This document shows positions 47,501 to 59,900 of a stretch of 64,000 bases of DNA, in pieces. A model generated the notes under the pieces. It searched no databases. It was not told where the DNA came from and saw only the letters and a program-made list of their open reading frames with translations. Made by a program: the position numbers and the translations under genes. This DNA is from Eledone cirrhosa (Eukaryota). Location of the stretch: positions 133,920,001 to 133,984,000 of the forward strand of contig OZ024743.1 of NCBI GenBank assembly GCA_964016885.1, given 5' to 3'. Positions within the stretch are counted from its first letter, which is position 1. Each line of letters begins with the position of its first letter.

Positions 47501-50500
47501 GTATTTGGTGCTTGGTGCTTGGTGTTTGGTGCTTGGTTCTTGGTGTTTGGTGCTTGGTGTTTGGAGCTTGGTGCTTGGTGTTTGGTGCTTGGTGCTTGGT
47601 GTTTGGTGTTTGGTGCTTGGTGCTTGGTGTTTGGTGTTTGGTGCTTGGTGTTTGGTGTTTGGTGCTTGGTGCTTGGTGTTTGTTGCTTGGTACTTGGTGC
47701 ATGGTGTTTGGTGCTGGGTGCTTGGTGTTTTGTGCTTGGTTCTTGGTGTTTGGTGTTTGGTGCTTGGTACTTGGTGTCTGGAGCTTGGTGTTTGGTGTTT
47801 GGTGCTTGGTGTTTGGTGCTTGGTGCTTGGTGTTTGGTGTTTGGTGTTTGATGCTTGGTGTTTTATGCTTGGTGCTTGGTGTTTGGTGCTTGGTGTTTGT
47901 ATTTGGTGCTTGGTGCTTGGTGTTTTGTGCTTGGTTCTTGGTGTTTGGTGTTTGGTGCTTGGTACTTGGTGCTTGGTGTTAGGTGTTTGGTGCTTGGTGC
48001 TTGGTGTTTGGTGTTTGGTCCTTGGTGCTTGGTCCTTGGTGTTTAGTGCTTGGTGCTTGGTGTTTGTTGTTTGGTGCTTTCTGTTTGCTGCTTGGTGTTT
48101 GCTGCTTGGTGTTTGGTGCTTGGTGCCTGGGGCTTGGTGTTTGGTGCTTGGTGCTTGGTGCTTGGTGTTTGGTGCTTGGTGCTTGGTGTTTGGTGTTTGG
48201 TGTTTGGTGCTTGGTGCTTGGTGTTTGGTGCTTGGTGCTTGGTGCTGGGTGGTTGGTATTTGGTGCTTGGTGCTTGGTGTTTGGTGCTTGGTGCTTGGTG
48301 CTTGGTGTTTGGTGCTTGGTGCTTGGTGCTTGGTCTTTGGTGCTTGGTGTTTGGTGTTTGGTGCTTGGTGCTTTGTGTTTGGTGCTTGGTGATTAGTGTT
48401 TGGTGCTTGGTACTTGGTGTTTGGTGCTTGGTGTTTGGTGTTTGCTGTTTGGTGTTTGGTGTTTGGTGTTTGCTGTTTGGTGTCTGCTTTTTGGTGTTTG
48501 GTGTTTGCTGTATGGTGTTTGCTGTTTCGTGTTTGGTGTTTGCTGTTTGGTGTTTGGTGTTTGCTGTTTGGTGTTTGGTCTTTGGTGCTTGGTGTTTGGT
48601 GCTTGGTGCTTGGTGTTTGGTGTTTGGTGCTTGGTGCTTGGTGCTTGGTGTTTGGTGTTTGGTGTCTGGTGCTTGGTGTCTGGTGCTTGGTGTTTGGTGT
48701 TTGGTGTTTGGTGCTTGGTGTTTGGTGTTTGGTGTTTGGTGTTTGGTGCTTGTTGCTTGGTGCTTGGTGCTTGGTGTTTGGTGCTTGGTGCTTGGTGTTT
48801 GGTGCTGGGTGCTTGGTGTTTGGTGCTTGGGGCTTGGTGCTTGGTGTTTGGTGTTTGGTGCTTGGTGCTTGGTGTTTGGTGTTTGGTGTTATATGCTTGG
48901 TGTTTGATGCTTGGTGCTTGGTGCTTGGTGTTTGGTGTTTGGTGATTGGTGTTTTATGCTTGGTGTTTGATGTTTGGTGCTTGGTGCTTGGTGTTTGGTG
49001 CTTGGTGCTTGGTGTTTGTACTTGGTGCTTGGTGCTTGGTTCTTGGTGTTTGGTGCTTGGTGCTTGGTGCTTGGTGCTTGGTGTTTGGTGCTTGGGGTTT
49101 GGTGCTTGGTGTTCGGTGCTTGCTGCCTGGTGCTTGGTGCTTGGTGCTTGGTGTTTGGTGCTTGGTGTTTGGTGCTTGGTATTAGGTGTTTGGTGCTTGG
49201 TGCTTGGTGTTTGGTGTTTGGTGCTTGGTGTTTGGTGCTTGGTGTTTGGTGTTTGGTGCTTGGTGTTTGGTGCTTGGTACTTGGTGCTTGGTGCTTGGTG
49301 TTAGGTGTTTGGTGCTTGGTGCTTGGTGTTTGGTTTTTGGTGCTTGGTGCTTGGTGTTTGGTGTTTGGTGCTTGCTGCTGGCTGCTTGGTGTTTGGTGCT
49401 TGGTGATTGGTGCTTGGTGTTTGGTGCTTGGTGTTTGGTGTTTGGTACTAGGTGCTTGGTGCTTGGTGTTTGGTGCTTGGTGCTTGGTGTTTGGTGTTTG
49501 GTGCTTGGTGCTTGGTGTTTGGTGCTTGGTGCTGGGTTCTGGGTGGTTGGTGTTTGGTGCTTGGTGTTTGGTGCTGGGTGCTTGGTGTTTGGTGCTTGGT
49601 GCTTGGTCTTTGGTGTTTGGTGTTTGGTGTTTGGGGCTTGGTGCTTGGTGCTTAGTGTTTGGTGCTAGGTGCTTGGGGTTTGGTGTTTGGTGCTTGGTGC
49701 TTGGTGTTTGGTGCTTGGTGCTTGGTGTTTGGTGTTTGGTGCTTGGTGCTTGGTGTTTGGTGTTTGGTGTTTGGTGCTTGGTGCTTGGTGTTTGGTGCTT
49801 GATGCTTGGTGTTTGGTGTTTGGTGCTTGGTGCTTGGTGCTTGGTGTTTGGTGTTTGGTGCTTGGTGCTTGGTGTTTGGTGCTTGGTGCTGGGTGGTTGG
49901 TGTTTGGTGCTTGGTGCTTGGTGTTTCGTGCTAGGTGCATGGTGCTTGGTGTTTGGTGCTTGGTGCTTGGTGCTTCGTGTTTGGTGTTTGGTGCTTGGTG
50001 TCTGGAGCTTGGTGTTTGGTGTTTGGTGCTTGGTGTTTGGTGTTTGGTGCTTGGTGCTTGGTGTTTGGTGCTTGGTGCTTGGTGTTTGTACTTGGTGCTT
50101 GGTGCTTGGTGCTTGGTGTTTGGTGCTTGGTTCTTGGTGTTTGGTGCTTGGTGTTTGGAGCTTGGTGCTTGGTGTTTGGTGCTTGGTGCTTGGTGTTTGT
50201 ACTTGGTGCTTGGTGCTTGGTGTTTGGTGCTTGGTTCTTGGTGTTTGGTGCTTGGTGTTTGGAGCTTGGTGCTTGGTGTTTGGTGCTTGGTGCTTGGTGT
50301 TTGGTGTTTGGTGCTTGGTGCTTGGTGTTTGGTGTTTGGTGCTTGGTGTTTGGTGTTTGGTGCTTGGTGCTTGGTGTTTGTTGCTTGGTACTTGGTGCAT
50401 GGTGTTTGGTGCTGGGTGCTTGGTGTTTTGTGCTTGGTTCTTGGTGTTTGGTGTTTGGTGCTTGGTACTTGGTGTCTGGAGCTTGGTGTTTGGTGTTTGG

Positions 50501-50900
50501 TGCTTGGTGTTTGGTGCTTGGTGCTTGGTGTTTGGTGTTTGGTGTTTGATGCTTGGTGTTTTATGCTTGGTGCTTGGTGTTTGGTGCTTGGTGTTTGTAT
50601 TTGGTGCTTGGTGCTTGGTGTTTTGTGCTTGGTTCTTGGTGTTTGGTGTTTGGTGCTTGGTACTTGGTGCTTGGTGTTAGGTGTTTGGTGCTTGGTGCTT
50701 GGTGTTTGGTGTTTGGTCCTTGGTGCTTGGTCCTTGGTGTTTAGTGCTTGGTGCTTGGTGTTTGTTGTTTGGTGCTTTCTGTTTGCTGCTTGGTGTTTGC
50801 TGCTTGGTGCTTGGTGCTTGGTGTTTGGTGTTTGGTGCTAGGTGCTTGGTGTTTGGTGTTTGGTGTTTGATGCTTGGTGTTTGGTGCTTGGTGTTTGGTG
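44500..50900 (+). repeat. Rearranged right-family blocks (offsets about 1.7 kb and 3.3 kb)
   Basis: Near-identical ORF artefacts at 41997/45276/46974 (offsets 3279 and 1698), 42878/46157/47855/50553, and 45063/46761/49452. Confidence 0.78.
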
Positions 50901-53900
50901 CTTGGTGCTTGGGGCTTGGTGTTTGGTGCTTGGTGCTTGGTGCTTGGTGTTTGGTGCTTGGTGCTTGGTGTTTGGTGTTTGGTGTTTGGTGCTTGGTGCT
51001 TGGTGTTTGGTGCTTGGTGCTTGGTGCTGGGTGGTTGGTATTTGGTGCTTGGTGCTTGGTGTTTGGTGCTTGGGGCTTGGTGCTTGGCGTTTGGTGCTTG
51101 GTGCTTGGTGCTTGTCTTTGGTGCTTGGTGTTTGGTGTTTGGTGCTTGGTGCTTTGTGTTTGGTGCTTGGTGATTAGTGTTTGGTGCTTGGTACTTGGTG
51201 TTTGGTGCTTGGTGTTTGGTGTTTGCTGTTTGGTGTTTGCTGTTTGCTGTTTGCTGTTTGCTGTCTGCTTTTTGGTGTTTGGTGTTTGCTGTATGGTGTT
51301 TGCTGTTTCGTGTTTGGTGTTTGCTGTTTGGTGTTTGGTGTTTGCTGTTTGGTGTTTGGTCTTTGGTGCTTGGTGTTTGGTGCTTGGTGCTTGGTGTTTG
51401 GTGTTTGGTGCTTGGTGCTTGGTGCTTGGTGTTTGGTGCTTGGTGCTTGGTGTTTGGTGTTTGGTGTTTGGTGCTTGGTGCTTGGTGTTTGGTGCTTGGT
51501 GCTGGGTGGTTGGTGTTTGGTGCTTGGTGCTTGGTGTTTCGTGCTAGGTGCATAGTGCTTGGTGTTTGGTGCTTGGTGCTTGGTGCTTGGTCTTTGGTGT
51601 TTGGTGTTTAGTGCTTGGTGCTTGGTGCTTGGTGCTTGGTGCTTGGTCCTTGGTGTTTGGTGCTTGGTGCTTGGTGTTTGGTGTTTGGTGCTTGGTGCTT
51701 GGTGCTTCGTGTTTGGTGTTTGGTGCTTGGTGTCTGGAGCTTGGTGTTTGGTGTTTGGTGCTTGGTGTTTGGTGTTTGGTGCTTGGTGCTTGGTGTTTGG
51801 TGCTTGGTGCTTGGTGTTTGTACTTGGTGCTTGGTGCTTGGTGTTTGGTGCTTGGTTCTTGGTGTTTGGTGCTTGGTGTTTGGAGCTTGGTGCTTGGTGT
51901 TTGGTGCTTGGTGCTTGGTGTTTGTACTAGGTGCTTGGTGCTTGGTGTTTGGTGCTTGGTTCTTGGTGTTTGGTGCTTGGTGTTTGGAGCTTGGTGCTTG
52001 GTGTTTGGTGCTTGGTGCTTGGTGTTTGTTGCTTGGTACTTGGTGCATGGTGTTTGGTGCTGGGTGCTTGGTGTTTTGTGCTTGGTTCTTGGTGTTTGGT
52101 GTTTGGTGCTTGGTACTTGGTGTCTGGAGCTTGGTGTTTGGTGTTTGGTGCTTGGTGTTTGGTGCTTGGTGCTTGGTGTTTGGTGTTTGGTGTTTGATGC
52201 TTGGTGTTTTATGCTTGGTGCTTGGTGTTTGGTGCTTGGTGTTTGTATTTGGTGCTTGGTGCTTGGTGTTTTGTGCTTGGTTCTTGGTGTTTGGTGTTTG
52301 GTGCTTGGTACTTGGTGCTTGGTGTTAGGTGTTTGGTGCTTGGTGCTTGGTGTTTGGTGTTTGGTCCTTGGTGCTTGGTCCTTGGTGTTTAGTGCTTGGT
52401 GCTTGGTGTTTGTTGTTTGGTGCTTTCTGTTTGCTGCTTGGTGTTTGCTGCTTGGTGCTTGCTGCTTGGTGTTTGGTGTTTGGTGCTAGGTGCTTGGTGT
52501 TTGGTGTTTGGTGTTTGATGCTTGGTGTTTGGTGCTTGGTGTTTGGTGCTTGGTGCCTGGGGCTTGGTGTTTGGTGCTTGGTGCTTGGTGCTTGGTGTTT
52601 GGTGCTTGGTGCTTGGTGTTTGGTGTTTGGTGTTTGGTGCTTGGTGCTTGGTGTTTGGTGCTTGGTGCTTGGTGCTGGGTGGTTGGTATTTGGTGCTTGG
52701 TGCTTGGTGTTTGGTGCTTGGTGCTTGGTGCTTGGTGTTTGGTGCTTGGTGCTTGGTGCTTGGTCTTTGGTGCTTGGTGTTTGGTGTTTGGTGCATGGTG
52801 CTTTGTGTTTGGTGCTTGGTGATTAGTGTTTGGTGCTTGGTACTTGGTGTTTGGTGCTTGGTGTTTGGTGTTTGCTGTTTGGTGTTTGGTGTTTGGTGTT
52901 TGCTGTTTGGTGTCTGCTTTTTGGTGTTTGGTGTTTGCTGTATGGTGTTTGCTGTTTCGTGTTTGGTGTTTGCTGTTTGGTGTTTGGTGTTTGCTGTTTG
53001 GTGTTTGGTCTTTGGTGCTTGGTGTTTGGTGCTTGGTGCTTGGTGTTTGGTGTTTGGTGCTTGGTGCTTGGTGCTTGGTGTTTGGTGCTTGGTGTCTGGT
53101 GCTTCGTGTCTGGTGCTTGGTGTTTGGTGTTTGGTGTTTGGTGCTTGGTGTTTGGTGTTTGGTGTTTGGTGTTTGGTGCTTGTTGCTTGGTGCTTGGTGC
53201 TTGGTGTTTGGTGCTTGGTGCTTGGTATTTGGTGCTGGGTGCTTGGTGTTTGGTGCTTGGTGCTTGGTGCTTGGTGTTTGGTGTTTGGTGCTTGGTGCTT
53301 GGTGTTTGGTGTTTGGTGTTATATGCTTGGTGTTTGATGCTTGGTGCTTGGTGCTTGGTGTTTGGTGTTTGGTGATTGGTGTTTTATGCTTGGTGTTTGA
53401 TGTTTGGTGCTTGGTGCTTGGTGTTTGGTGCTTGGTGCTTGGTGTTTGTACTTGGTGCTTGGTGCTTGGTTCTTGGTGTTTGGTGCTTGGTGCTTGGTGC
53501 TTGGTGCTTGGTGTTTGGTGCTTGGGGTTTGGTGCTTGGTGTTCGGTGCTTGCTGCCTGGTGCTTGGTGCTTGGTGCTTGGTGTTTGGTGCTTGGTGTTT
53601 GGTGCTTTGTATTAGGTGTTTGGTGCTTGGTGCTTGGTGTTTGGTGTTTGGTGCTTGGTGTTTGGTGCTTGGTGTTTGGTGTTTGGTGCTTGGTGTTTGG
53701 TGCTTGGTACTTGGTGCTTGGTGCTTGGTGTTAGGTGTTTGGTGCTTGGTGCTTGGTGTTTGGTTTTTGGTGCTTGGTGCTTGGTGTTTGGTGTTTGGTG
53801 CTTGCTGCTGGCTGCTTGGTGTTTGGTGCTTGGTGATTGGTGCTTGGTGTTTGGTGCTTGGTGTTTGGTGTTTGGTACTAGGTGCTTGGTGCTTGGTGTT

Positions 53901-56900
53901 TGGTGCTTGGTGCTTGGTGTTTGGTGTTTGGTGCTTGGTGCTTGGTGTTTGGTGCTTGGTGCTGGGTTCTGGGTGGTTGGTGTTTGGTGCTTGGTGTTTG
54001 GTGCTGGGTGCTTGGTGTTTGGTGCTTGGTGCTTGGTCTTTGGTGTTTGGTGTTTGGTGCTTGGTGTTTGGTGTTTGGTGCTTGGTGCTTGGTGTTTGGT
54101 GCTTGGTGCTTGGTGTTTGGTGTTTGGTGCTTGGTGCTTGGTGTTTGGTGTTTGGTGTTTGGTGCTTGGTGCTTGGTGTTTGGTGCTTGGTGCTGGGTGG
54201 TTGGTGTTTGGTGCTTGGTGCTTGGTGTTTCGTGCTAGGTGCATGGTGCTTGGTGTTTGGTGCTTGGTGCTTGGTGCTTGGTCTTTGGTGTTTGGTGTTT
54301 AGTGCTTGGTGCTTGGTGCTTGGTGCTTTGTGCTTGGTCCTTGGTGTTTGGTGCTTGGTGCTTGGTGTTTGGTGTTTGGTGCTTGGTGCTTGGTGCTTCG
54401 TGTTTGGTGTTTGGTGCTTGGTGTCTGGAGCTTGGTGTTTGGTGTTTGGTGCTTGGTGTTTGGTGTTTGGTGCTTGGTGCTTGGTGTTTGGTGCTTGGTG
54501 CTTGGTGTTTGTACTTGGTGCTTGGTGCTTGGTGTTTGGTGCTTGGTTCTTGGTGTTTGGTGCTTGATGTTTGGAGCTTGGTGCTTGGTGTTTGGTGCTT
54601 GGTGCTTGGTGTTTGTACTTGGTGCTTGGTGCTTGGTGTTTGGTGCTTGGTTCTTGGTGTTTGGTGCTTGGTGTTTGGAGCTTGGTGCTTGGTGTTTGGT
54701 GCTTGGTGCTTGGTGTTTGGTGATTGGTGCTTGGTGCTTGGTGTTTGGTGTTTGGTGCTTGGTGTTTGGTGTTTGGTGCTTGGTGCTTGGTGTTTGTTGC
54801 TTGGTACTTGGTGCATGGTGTTTGGTGCTTGGTGCTTGGTGTTTGGTGCTTGGTTCTTGGTGTTTGGTGCTTGGTGTTTGGAGCTTGGTGCTTGGTGTTT
54901 GGTGCTTGGTGCTTGGTGTTTGTACTTGGTGCTTGGTGCTTGGTGTTTGGTGCTTGGTTCTTGGTGTTTGGTGCTTGGTGTTTGGAGCTTGGTGCTTGGT
55001 GTTTGGTGCTTGGTGCTTGGTGTTTGGTGTTTGGTGCTTGGTGCTTGGTGTTTGGTGTTTGGTGCTTGGTGTTTGGTGTTTGGTGCTTGGTGCTTGGTGT
55101 TTGTTGCTTGGTACTTGGTGCATGGTGTTTGGTGCTGGGTGCTTGGTGTTTTGTGCTTGGTTCTTGGTGTTTGGTGTTTGGTGCTTGGTACTTGGTGTCT
55201 GGAGCTTGGTGTTTGGTGTTTGGTGCTTGGTGTTTGGTGCTTGGTGCTTGGTGTTTGGTGTTTGGTGTTTGATGCTTGGTGTTTTATGCTTGGTGCTTGG
55301 TGTTTGGTGCTTGGTGTTTGTATTTGGTGCTTGGTGCTTGGTGTTTTGTGCTTGGTTCTTGGTGTTTGGTGTTTGGTGCTTGGTACTTGGTGCTTGGTGT
55401 TAGGTGTTTGGTGCTTGGTGCTTGGTGTTTGGCGTTTGGTCCTTGGTGCTTGGTCCTTGGTGTTTAGTGCTTGGTGCTTGGTGTTTGTTGTTTGGTGCTT
55501 TCTGTTTGCTGCTTGGTGTTTTCTGCTTGGTGCTTGGTGCTTGGTGTTTGGTGTTTGGTGCTAGGTGCTTGGTGTTTGGTGTTTGGTGTTTGATGCTTGG
55601 TGTTTGGTGCTTGGTGTTTGGTGCTTGGTGCTTGGGGCTTGGTGTTTGGTGCTTGGTGCTTGGTGCTTGGTGTTTGGTGCTTGGTGCTTGGTGTTTGGTG
55701 TTTGGTGTTTGGTGCTTGGTGCTTGGTGTTTGGTGCTTGGTGCTTGGTGCTGGGTGGTTGGTATTTGGTGCTTGGTGCTTGGTGTTTGGTGCTTGGGGCT
55801 TGGTGCTTGGCGTTTGGTGCTTGGTGCTTGGTGCTTGTCTTTGGTGCTTGGTGTTTGGTGTTTGGTGCTTGGTGCTTTGTGTTTGGTGCTTGGTGATTAG
55901 TGTTTGGTGCTTGGTACTTGGTGTTTGGTGCTTGGTGTTTGGTGTTTGCTGTTTGGTGTTTGCTGTTTGCTGTTTGCTGTTTGCTGTCTGCTTTTTGGTG
56001 TTTGGTGTTTGCTGTATGGTGTTTGCTGTTTCGTGTTTGGTGTTTGCTGTTTGGTGTTTGGTGTTTGCTGTTTGGTGTTTGGTCTTTGGTGCTTGGTGTT
56101 TGGTGCTTGGTGCTTGGTGTTTGGTGTTTGGTGCTTGGTGCTTGGTGCTTGGTGTTTGGTGCTTGGTGCTTGGTGTTTGGTGTTTGGTGTTTGGTGCTTG
56201 GTGCTTGGTGTTTGGTGCTTGGTGCTGGGTGGTTGGTGTTTGGTGCTTGGTGCTTGGTGTTTCGTGCTAGGTGCATGGTGCTTGGTGTTTGGTGCTTGGT
56301 GCTTGGTGCTTGGTCTTTGGTGTTTGGTGTTTAGTGCTTGGTGCTTGGTGCTTGGTGCTTGGTGCTTGGTCCTTGGTGTTTGGTGCTTGGTGCTTGGTGT
56401 TTGGTGTTTGGTGCTTGGTGCTTGGTGCTTCGTGTTTGGTGTTTGGTGCTTGGTGTCTGGAGCTTGGTGTTTGGTGTTTGGTGCTTGGTGTTTGGTGTTT
56501 GGTGCTTGGTGCTTGGTGTTTGTTGCTTGGTGCTTGGTGTTTGTACTTGGTGCTTGGTGCTTGGTGTTTGGTGCTTGGTTCTTGGTGTTTGGTGCTTGGT
56601 GTTTGGAGCTTGGTGCTTGGTGTTTGGTGCTTGGTGCTTGGTGTTTGTACTAGGTGCTTGGTGCTTGGTGTTTGGTGCTTGGTTCTTGGTGTTTGGTGCT
56701 TGGTGTTTGGAGCTTGGTGCTTGGTGTTTGGTGCTTGGTGCTTGGTGCTTGGTGTTTGGTGCTTGGTGCTTGGTGCTTGGTCTTTGGTGCTTGGTGTTTG
56801 GTGTTTGGTGCATGGTGCTTTGTGTTTGGTGCTTGGTGATTAGTGTTTGGTGCTTGGTACTTGGTGTTTGGTGCTTGGTGTTTGGTGTTTGCTGTTTGGT

Positions 56901-59900
56901 GTTTGGTGTTTGGTGTTTGCTGTTTGGTGTCTGCTTTTTGGTGTTTGGTGTTTGCTGTATGGTGTTTGCTGTTTCGTGTTTGGTGTTTGCTGTTTGGTGT
57001 TTGGTGTTTGCTGTTTGGTGTTTGGTCTTTGGTGCTTGGTGTTTGGTGCTTGGTGCTTGGTGTTTGGTGTTTGGTGCTTGGTGCTTGGTGCTTGGTGTTT
57101 GGTGCTTGGTGTCTGGTGCTTCGTGTCTGGTGCTTGGTGTTTGGTGTTTGGTGTTTGGTGCTTGGTGTTTGGTGTTTGGTGTTTGGTGTTTGGTGCTTGT
57201 TGCTTGGTGCTTGGTGCTTGGTGTTTGGTGCTTGGTGCTTGGTATTTGGTGCTGGGTGCTTGGTGTTTGGTGCTTGGTGCTTGGTGCTTGGTGTTTGGTG
57301 TTTGGTGCTTGGTGCTTGGTGTTTGGTGTTTGGTGTTATATGCTTGGTGTTTGATGCTTGGTGCTTGGTGCTTGGTGTTTGGTGTTTGGTGATTGGTGTT
57401 TTATGCTTGGTGTTTGATGTTTGGTGCTTGGTGCTTGGTGTTTGGTGCTTGGTGCTTGGTGTTTGTACTTGGTGCTTGGTGCTTGGTTCTTGGTGTTTGG
57501 TGCTTGGTGCTTGGTGCTTGGTGCTTGGTGTTTGGTGCTTGGGGTTTGGTGCTTGGTGTTCGGTGCTTGCTGCCTGGTGCTTGGTGCTTGGTGCTTCGTG
57601 TTTGGTGCTTGGTGTTTGGTGCTTTGTATTAGGTGTTTGGTGCTTGGTGCTTGGTGTTTGGTGTTTGGTGCTTGGTGTTTGGTGCTTGGTGTTTGGTGTT
57701 TGGTGCTTGGTGTTTGGTGCTTGGTACTTGGTGCTTGGTGCTTGGTGTTAGGTGTTTGGTGCTTGGTGCTTGGTGTTTGGTTTTTGGTGCTTGGTGCTTG
57801 GTGTTTGGTGTTTGGTGCTTGCTGCTGGCTGCTTGGTGTTTGGTGCTTTGTGATTGGTGCTTGGTGTTTGGTGCTTGGTGTTTGGTGTTTGGTACTAGGT
57901 GCTTGGTGCTTGGTGTTTGGTGCTTGGTGCTTGGTGTTTGGTGTTTGGTGCTTGGTGCTTGGTATTTGGTGCTTGGTGCTGGGTTCTGGGTGGTTGGTGT
58001 TTGGTGCTTGGTGTTTGGTGCTGGGTGCTTGGTGTTTGGTGCTTGGTGCTTGGTCTTTGGTGTTTGGTGTTTGGTGTTTGGGGCTTGGTGCTTGGTGCTT
58101 AGTGTTTGGTGCTAGGTGCTTGGGGTTTGGTGTTTGGTGCTTGGTGCTTGGTGTTTGGTGCTTGGTGCTTGGTGCTTGGTGTTTGGTGCTTGGTGCTTGG
58201 TGTTTGGTGTTTGGTGTTTGGTGCTTGGTGCTTGGTGTTTGGTGCTTGGTGCTTGGTGCTGGGTGGTTGGTATTTGGTGCTTGGTGCTTGGTGTTTGGTG
58301 CTTGGGGCTTGGTGCTTGGCGTTTGGTGCTTGGTGCTTGGTGCTTGTCTTTGGTGCTTGGTGTTTGGTGTTTGGTGCTTGGTGCTTTGTGTTTGGTGCTT
58401 GGTGATTAGTGTTTGGTGCTTGGTACTTGGTGTTTGGTGCTTGGTGTTTGGTGTTTGCTGTTTGGTGTTTGCTGTTTGCTGTTTGCTGTTTGCTGTCTGC
58501 TTTTTGGTGTTTGGTGTTTGCTGTATGGTGTTTGCTGTTTCGTGTTTGGTGTTTGCTGTTTGGTGTTTGGTGTTTGCTGTTTGGTGTTTGGTCTTTGGTG
58601 CTTGGTGTTTGGTGCTTGGTGCTTGGTGTTTGGTGTTTGGTGCTTGGTGCTTGGTGCTTGGTGTTTGGTGCTTGGTGCTTGGTGTTTGGTGTTTGGTGTT
58701 TGGTGCTTGGTGCTTGGTGTTTGGTGCTTGGTGCTGGGTGGTTGGTGTTTGGTGCTTGGTGCTTGGTGTTTCGTGCTAGGTGCATGGTGCTTGGTGTTTG
58801 GTGCTTGGTGCTTGGTGCTTGGTCTTTGGTGTTTGGTGTTTAGTGCTTGGTGCTTGGTGCTTGGTGCTTGGTGCTTGGTCCTTGGTGTTTGGTGCTTGGT
58901 GCTTGGTGTTTGGTGTTTGGTGCTTGGTGCTTGGTGCTTCGTGTTTGGTGCTTGGTGTCTGGAGCTTGGTGTTTGGTGTTTGGTGCTTGGTGTTTGGTGT
59001 TTGGTGCTTGGTGCTTGGTGTTTGTTGCTTGGTGCTTGGTGTTTGTACTTGGTGCTTGGTGCTTGGTGTTTGGTGCTTGGTTCTTGGTGTTTGGTGCTTG
59101 GTGTTTGGAGCTTGGTGCTTGGTGTTTGGTGCTTGGTGCTTGGTGTTTGTACTAGGTGCTTGGTGCTTGGTGTTTGGTGCTTGGTTCTTGGTGTTTGGTG
59201 CTTGGTGTTTGGAGCTTGGTGCTTGGTGTTTGGTGCTTGGTGCTTGGTGCTTGGTGTTTGGTGCTTGGTGCTTGGTGCTTGGTCTTTGGTGCTTGGTGTT
59301 TGGTGTTTGGTGCATGGTGCTTTGTGTTTGGTGCTTGGTGATTAGTGTTTGGTGCTTGGTACTTGGTGTTTGGTGCTTGGTGTTTGGTGTTTGCTGTTTG
59401 GTGTTTGGTGTTTGGTGTTTGCTGTTTGGTGTCTGCTTTTTGGTGTTTGGTGTTTGCTGTATGGTGTTTGCTGTTTCGTGTTTGGTGTTTGCTGTTTGGT
59501 GTTTGGTGTTTGCTGTTTGGTGTTTGGTCTTTGGTGCTTGGTGTTTGGTGCTTGGTGCTTGGTGTTTGGTGTTTGGTGCTTGGTGCTTGGTGCTTGGTGT
59601 TTGGTGCTTGGTGTCTGGTGCTTCGTGTCTGGTGCTTGGTGTTTGGTGTTTGGTGTTTGGTGCTTGGTGTTTGGTGTTTGGTGTTTGGTGTTTGGTGCTT
59701 GTTGCTTGGTGCTTGGTGCTTGGTGTTTGGTGCTTGGTGCTTGGTATTTGGTGCTGGGTGCTTGGTGTTTGGTGCTTGGTGCTTGGTGCTTGGTGTTTGG
59801 TGTTTGGTGCTTGGTGCTTGGTGTTTGGTGTTTGGTGTTATATGCTTGGTGTTTGATGCTTGGTGCTTGGTGCTTGGTGTTTGGTGTTTGGTGATTGGTG

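Noticed and set aside
17078-50400. Long - strand ORFs of TKHQAPS/TKHQTPN heptads (708, 548, 503, 489 aa), superficially mucin-like or Pol II CTD-like
   Set aside because: They are the reverse complement of the same satellite. The ATG starts come from sporadic CAT variants, there is no non-repetitive domain, and the heptad is not YSPTSPS.
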